A stretch of 64,000 bases of DNA from contig OZ024748.1 of the NCBI GenBank assembly GCA_964016885.1, positions 57,102,001 to 57,166,000 of the forward strand. Direction: 5' to 3'. Source of the stretch: Eledone cirrhosa. Its lineage: Eukaryota. This document shows positions 56,318-64,000 of the stretch, one piece after another. The notes under the pieces are model-generated. The model made no database searches, was not told the origin of the DNA, and saw nothing but the letters and a program-made list of their open reading frames with translations. The number at the start of each line of letters is the position of its first letter. The first letter of the stretch is position 1. A program made the translations under genes and the position numbers.

Positions 56318-57550
56318 CATACATAGGTATATATATATATACACACACACCAATACATGAATATGACTATGTATGTGTATCTGTATGTGTCTGTATATCA
56401 CTGTGGTATTTTTCCTTTACATATAGTTAAAAAAGAAGATAGGACATGAAAGAGGGAGGGGGGTGAAAAGGAGTAAGTGTTATATAGTACAGTGCTTCCG
56501 TGTGTATTGATATATATGTGCATGTGGCTGTATGTGTGTGTGTGTGTGTGTCTGTGCGTGCGTGTGTGTGTGTGTGGCTTAAGGATTGTAGGTTTTGAAA
56601 TTCATGATGACGATGATATTGATGATGATGATGATGTGGATGATTATGATGGTGATGATGATGATGATGTGTTATTGCTGATCATCGTGAAGAAGAAGAA
56701 GAAGAAGAAGAAGAAGAAGAAGAAGAAGAAGAAGAAGAAGAAGAAGAAGAAGAAGAAGAAGAAGAAGAAGAAGAAGAAGAAGAAGAAGAAGAAGACAAAA
56801 GAGCTGCGAGTGATCTTTTGCAAAGCTTTTAATGATCTTTGATCTATTTCAGCACCAGAATTCTAATTATCACTGCTGGCAAAGACGGCAGAAAATATGG
56901 ACAGCATGAAGAAGACGAGACCCTTTCTGCTAGTTAAAATAACAAATAGTTGGTGAGTAAAAGATTGACTCTACTACACCTCTGTCCTTCTTTCTTTCTA
57001 GCTTTCTATCACCTTGCTCTGCCCTTCTCTGCCCTGTCCTTTTCTGATCTGCTTTACTTTGCCTGTCTACTTGTTTGACTCTCTGCCTGCCGTTCTTTTT
57101 TCTTCTACGTTAAGTTATCTTACAATGTGATGAGATCGTTTATGTCAAAGTAGAAATTGGTGATTCTGAAGTGGAATCTCGAGAGCTGTGATTATATTTC
57201 AATGCTGTGTGTCATTTTGCTCACTACTGGCACACCAAATATAATCCTGAACACAATGTCATCTGAATCTAGAATCAAACCCTTCAATTTCCAAACCCAA
57301 TCTCCGCCCTAAATCTAAAATAAAACAAAAGAGAGAAAAAAAAGCTATCCCCAAAAATCCCACCCTTTTCAGCCAGCCGATTTAATGCAATTTTTCATCA
57401 GTTTTTATTTTTATCTTTCGAATCATTATTTCGTTATTTTTAGTGTGTAATTTACTCAAAGATATTTGAGAAATAAATATTCTATTTCCATTTTGTATTT
57501 TTTCTATCAACAGCACAGTAGGAGCAAGAAATATAGACGCGTTAGATTGA

Positions 57551-57585
<35 letters not shown>

Positions 57586-57729
57586 GTTATTCCGGGTTGA
57601 ATCGGAGGTAACCACAGTAAGTCAGGTACTTGAAAAAAAAAATATATATATATATATGTGTATATATATATTTATTTATATATATATATATGGACAAAGG
57701 AGGCCAGAAAACATATATATGTGTCTCTA

Positions 57730-57789
<60 letters not shown>

Positions 57790-57799
57790 GTATAGAAAT

Positions 57800-57850
57800 G
57801 GCTTCTACAGGACTAGAGCTGTTTCATTCGGTAGAAATCATCAGGAAGCC
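57800..57850 (-). ncRNA. Type I hammerhead ribozyme motif, family C
   Basis: GGCTTC CTGATGA TTTC TACC GAAT GAAA CAG CTCTAGTC CTGT A GAAGCC, within inverted element 57587-57978. Confidence 0.8.
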
Positions 57851-58206
57851 CCTAATGATTTTTCCCGAATGAGACAGTTCTAGTCCTATAGAAGACATGT
57901 CTATATTAAATATTTATAATCTGTTATGTATTGAGTACCTTACTTACTGTGGTTACCCCCGATTGAACCCGGGATAAACTTTGAATTCAGAATACACAGT
58001 GACGGATCCAATAATTCTTTAACTATTCCACTAATCCACCACACATAGAATGTGTGGTTATATATCGATTCCACAATCAGAAATCATCAAATGAATTATT
58101 GGCCACGATGGAATTTGAACTCGGAAAGCAGAGATCCGGTGTAGATACCGAAGCTTTAATGATATCGACAATTCATAATCATTCATACTTACATATACAC
58201 ACACAC

Positions 58207-58265
<59 letters not shown>

Positions 58266-58352
58266 ATGAGATATATATATGTATGTATGTATGTGTATGT
58301 GCATATGGATATAGCAAATATGCCAACACACACGTATATGTATGTATATACA

Positions 58353-58386
<34 letters not shown>

Positions 58387-58796
58387 CGTATATACATACA
58401 TATATACGTACATACATTCATATATACATACATACATGCATACTTACATACATGCATACAGAGAGGAGTGAGAAACTTAGAAACGAACAAAGATAAAAGA
58501 ATGCACGAAACGTGATATTTGGATATAATTTGAAATAAATGTCGAATAGATCCTTAAGGCACCAAGACAAAAAGAGAAAGGGACAGAAACCCCCCTAAAC
58601 GCCGTGCAATAAAACGTGTTTTTTGCTTTCATTTGATGAGCTTTTTTGTCTTCCTCCCAAATCTGCTTTTTTTGTATTCGGAAGATATTTCTCCATACAC
58701 ATATCGCTGCAGTGTGAATGCACAACTCCTTCAATTTAGCTATATCAGTGCGCATGCGTAAACGGTTATATGTTTCACAGATAAATATGTATATGC

Positions 58797-58848
<52 letters not shown>

Positions 58849-59050
58849 ACATATATATATATATGTGTATGCATATATATATACATATATACATATACAT
58901 ATATGTATGTATACACACATTCACACACACACACACATACACACACATATATATATATTTATATATATATATACATATAGATATATGTATACAAATATAT
59001 ATACACATATATGCATACACACAGACACACAGACACACACAGACATCACA

Positions 59051-59156
<106 letters not shown>

Positions 59157-59415
59157 TATACACACTACCACGACCAGCTTATGGTTATCTTAAAGAGAGC
59201 GCAATTGATTTTATGAGAGATGAAAGGTCAAGAATAAATGTATTTAATGCAGAACGATTTTATTGTTAATATGTTTTTACTTTCTCGCCATGTTTTCTTG
59301 AAATCTCTATGATGAGTCGTCAAATTTAAACTGCATCAAAATATTTCCTAGTCATAACAATTTGTCTCCTCCGTGTCTGTATCAGTGTGTGTGTGAGAGA
59401 GAGAAGAACGAGTGT

Positions 59416-59502
<87 letters not shown>

Positions 59503-59504
<2 letters not shown>

Positions 59505-59697
59505 GCAAAGAAAGTGTGCTAAGAAATCAGGGGGACCAGGGTACTCGATATTTAAGGTAGTAGAGAGTCGGTAATAGGAACAGAGTCATTACCCCGACGG
59601 CTGAGATCTTGCCGTTTGCACAGCGAGATTCAAATTAGCTGTCGGATCTAGTTGTCGAAATGGCCGGAACTCAGCTGTCGGGGTCATGACTCTTTTC

Positions 59698-59700
<3 letters not shown>
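59503..59700. mobile_element. Fold-back element family A, degenerate
   Basis: accccgacggctgagatc...gtcgaaatggccggaactcagctgtcggggtc. Confidence 0.6.
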
Positions 59701-59751
<51 letters not shown>

Positions 59752-60159
59752 TGTTAAGAACTATCTTAGTAAGACAAACCTTTCGTGTGTAAATCTTTAA
59801 TACAAGACTTTGACAATGTTACAGCTGTATAATCATTGTGTATTAAATATATAATTTAAGTAAAAAACATCGTTATCCAAGAATATGTGTGTCTTATTAG
59901 TGTTCGCCTGTGGTATGCTTTAACAAATAAACAATTATATTATCACATTCTTCTGCCATATGTTAGTTAACCAAATATTTAACTATTCTATGTGGTTAAG
60001 TAGTACACATCTCCACCCCGTCTGCATGGGATCAAGTCCAATACGTGATACCTTGCGCTGTCTTCCACTGAAGCCTCAAACATACCAATGTTTTGTAAAT
60101 GAAGTTTGGAGGACAAAAAACATGTAGAAACTTATGCATAATAATAATACAAGACATTG

Positions 60160-60222
<63 letters not shown>

Positions 60223-62305
60223 GAGAGATTTGAGTATGTGTTTGTTGCTTATCACCGAAATATATATTGCAGCGAATATGAATAGACGAAGTAAATTCTA
60301 GCTTGACTTACACTTCTTGTTTATATATATAGATATAAATATGTATGTATGTGTGTATGTATGTGTGTATGTATGTATGTGTGTGTCTGCTGATTCTTCA
60401 TTTTAACTCTTGCTAATACCACTTGAAACTTCACTTTTAAAAACAATATTTTTACAAATTCTACCGTAAATATATTCACACCAGCTTTCATTTACACAAT
60501 CACACGTACCTATATACACAATACAACAAACCTTTCATTTAAGTGAGTAATGATATTGATATGAGGAAGGAAGTCTGTTAATGTCAAACGTCAATTAGAT
60601 CTAATGGTTATTTGTATTATTATCTTACAAAGAATAGCCCTATGAAATTTGGTTAAAGAATATTTATTCGAGAGTATTGTGACACTGGACGTTCAGAAAT
60701 AATTGAAATAAAAAAGAACCATACTTCTATCCAAGCAAAGGTCAAATCACTAACTATAGTCTTTATATTACAGTACGCATTGAATACTATTTATCCACAC
60801 AATAATCTGCAGGCCAACAGCTGCGTTATAACCATTGATATAGTTAAAGCTATATCCTTATTTATCTTAAATAAAAATATGTTTAAATGTATATTTAAAA
60901 CGTCTTTCTGACCTTCTATTAAGTTTTAGATCTGGAGTTCACATTGGTTCGGGGTGAAATTGCAGAGTTATTTTTAAAACATATTTTGTAAGTTTAGCAA
61001 TAAATATAAGTACTTGATTCAACTCATGTTAATACTATTTCAGATTTAAATGTTTAAAGTCAATTTCTGCATCATTGCAGTTAAGACAGACACACTGACA
61101 CTCAAACACCCTTAAAAATAAACATCTATATATAACACAATAAATTATCGCTTCAGGAGACTATCAGAAGGAAGTAGATTATTGTCAAACTTAGATTAAC
61201 TGAAAACGTCGTTTGTATTCTTATTAATCTACAAAGAATATTTGCTATATAATGCAATTGAAGAGTATTTTACAAGGCCAGCATTCGAGAACAATGTTGA
61301 CTTATGGCCGGTTAGATAGTATTGAGGGTTTTTTTAAATAGAAAATATATTTTCTCCTAGCACAAATTGAAACACTCCCATCTATATATTCAGCGTGCAT
61401 AGATACATCCTACATAGTCACATGGCTATTGTAGGCCAAATGTTCTGTTGTAATAATTAATAAACGTTAACTTACTTTATTTTTGGCTTAAATGAAAATA
61501 ATTTTCAATATATATTATGAAAGAAAATCCTTGAAGTCCGACGATGAGAAACGGGAAATTAAGTCAGTTTTCACCATCCGATGAATGAGTCTAATTCTTA
61601 CCAGTGACCAGTATCTGTAATTTTTCATGACGAGAAAATAGGAAAACATATTTTTCATTGAATAAATTCACAAAAAATACCAAAGAAAAGAAAAGAAAAT
61701 GAGATTTAAAATAAACAGCCAAAAAATTCCAAAGTAAATTTAGGTAACGTTTGGATTTGAAGCTAGATTTTGATTGGATGTTTTAGTGAACACATTAGAT
61801 GGAGGTAAGCCTGTGAAAGTAAAAGCTACTTCAGATTCATAATGAAAGGACACGGAAATAATATAAAATATAGACATTATCGTGAAAATGTTCGATGAAA
61901 AGTTTATCGGATAAATATTTTTTCCGGTAAAACGTCATGTGACGAGATTATCGAATAGAGTGAATCGATATTATGTACATGGAAGAAAGCAGATGAGAAA
62001 ATGAAAAAGAAAGACATATGAATGCTGAAAAAAAATGAATTCTGGAGATATTTGAGGGAAGAAAATGTGGCAAAAAAATTGATTTTCAGAGAAGGTTTAA
62101 GCCCGCAGCTAGAGTCAAGGGAGATAGCTCTTCATAATTTAATTTCCATCGCATGTATTCCTGCACACATATATCACTCATTTCTACATACTTCATACGC
62201 TTACATCTTCGTAAAATATATGTATATACACTTGCATGCATAAGCTCAAATGTGTGTGTGTATATATATATATATGTATGTATGTATATACATATGTATA
62301 TACAG

Positions 62306-62346
<41 letters not shown>

Positions 62347-62719
62347 CGTATGTGTGTGTGTGCATGTATGTGAGTGTGAGTGTGTGTGTGTGTATATAAA
62401 TATTTCTCACTGTATATATAATTGCACACGGCTAAACTTCTAATCACACTCTTCTTTAGACGCAGGCAAGAGCATAAATATTCGGACAATATTTGCACAT
62501 GCATGCATACGCACATATGAATATGCACATATAAGCACTCGTAGATGTGCACCCATATTCATTTGCACGAATTTGTCATTCATTCACACACTCATTTCTA
62601 ATTAACACATTGACACACAAATAGAATCATAAGAAATAGGCAAATATGCCCACAACAATGACCTGACAATGAATGTGCTTGTGAAATTAACTTGTAAGAG
62701 CTACATAGGTAAGAATGTA

Positions 62720-62900
62720 AGGTAAAGTTAACCTCGGCGGGATTTGAACTCTGAACGTAAAGTGGCGTAACTCTATGCTACAAAGGTAAGAATGTAAGGT
62801 AAAGCCTCGGCGGGATTTGAACTCTGAATGTAAAGTGACGTAATTCTATGCTACAAAGCATTTTGCCCAACGCTCCACCGATTCTGCCAAGCCAACGCCC
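62720..62900 (-). mobile_element. SINE 5' part with ~77-bp internal tandem duplication
   Basis: aggtaagaatgtaaggtaaag...ctatgctacaaag occurs twice. Confidence 0.7.
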
Positions 62901-63109
62901 TTAAATAGGTAAATAATGAAATTTACTAATTTTTTTTACTACCATTTGTTTCTTTCGAACCCTCAAACTTTCATTCCTTCTACTTTGTAGTACTTTTCGT
63001 ATTAATGTTTTACTAACATCTTTCCACATCTCTCACTCGCTCGCATTGCTATCTTTATTAAATAATTCGCTCCCTTCACCTATTTATCTATCTATCTATC
63101 TATCTATCT

Positions 63110-63295
63110 ATTGGATTGACAGTATCGGTAGAGGGTCGGATGCCATGTTTTGCAGCAAAGAGTTACGTCCCTTTATGATCTGAGTTCAAATCATGGCTAC
63201 GTTAACTTTGCCTTTCATCCTTACGGGGTCGATAAAATAAAGTACCAGTAATACACTGAGATAATTGGTGGCCTTGTGCCAAAAGTAGAAACAAT
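63110..63295 (+). mobile_element. tRNA-derived SINE, major family
   Basis: Consensus match. Confidence 0.85.
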
Positions 63296-63312
63296 AAATA
63301 AAGAGAAAGATA

Positions 63313-63346
<34 letters not shown>

Positions 63347-63410
63347 ACTACATACCTACCTATCTATATATCTACAAATCTCTGTATCTATCTATCCATA
63401 TATATATATA

Positions 63411-64000
63411 AATTAAGAAGAGCAGAACAAACAAACATTAAACAATTCTTCTTTAAAATAATTTTTTAAATGATTTAAATATTTACCCGTTCATAATGCT
63501 ATTACCGGCGGTTTCGCTTTACAAAAGGTTGGAGATTCGGAGAATTTCTAACGGAAAAGTAAAGTTCATCAGATAGCTATTTCTATACAGTAGGAAACTA
63601 GTCCCATAGTCTGCAAATATATTGCCAACTACCAGCTAGTGTGAGTAAGGCCGTTAGAATTACCCACACATGAACTGGTCACTAGAAAAAGCTGGAAATA
63701 TTAGACTCGTTAATGGCTATTCTGCTAAAAAAAAAAAAAGCAGTAAGCAGCAACGAATTTTTTTCTCAACATAGATAGGAGAATTCATAAAATGAGGTAA
63801 ATATCTCTCTGAGTACTAAGTACCCATAGAGATATATAGTGTGTCTATATTATAATTGGTGTTCAATGGTACTAATTCGAGATACAAGAACTATAAAAAT
63901 TAAGAAGAGCAGAACAAACAAACATTAAACAATTCTTTAAAAAAATTTTAAAAACGATTTAAATATTTACCCGTTCATAATGCTATTATCGGCTGTTTCG
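63411..64000 (-). mobile_element. Direct-repeat (~485-bp period) hammerhead element, retrozyme-like / mini-PLE
   Basis: 63411-63516 is repeated at 63898-64000. Minus 63577-63498: GCTAT CTGATGA ACTTTAC...GTAAAGC GAAA CCG C CGGT A ATAGC. Confidence 0.8.

Overview
Eukaryotic, AT-rich, gene-poor DNA saturated with (TA)n, (CA)n, (GA)n, (GATA)n and triplet microsatellites. The repeat landscape suggests an octopus/cephalopod genome (inference). No host gene can be supported, and almost all ORFs in the supplied track are microsatellite artefacts. Real coding relics are a decayed R4/Dong-like non-LTR retrotransposon (RT + REL endonuclease, ~41.7-44.25 kb), a decayed Tx1/L1-like LINE (32.2-33.4 kb) and a mariner transposase relic (2.3-3.3 kb). 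There are also about 20 tRNA-derived SINE copies, a mariner-type MITE and several minisatellites. The most notable hidden structure is that many short 'unique' islands inside the (TA)n tracts carry type I hammerhead-ribozyme (HHR) motifs (stem I-CUGANGA-stem II-GAAA-stem III-NUH). I read about a dozen complete and several half or degenerate motifs from at least 8 sequence families. Most occur as fold-back (inverted) elements, and one is a ~485-bp direct-repeat, retrozyme-like unit. They are best read as Penelope-like-element (PLE) termini or non-autonomous retrozymes associated with TA microsatellites. All folds were read by eye, not computed.
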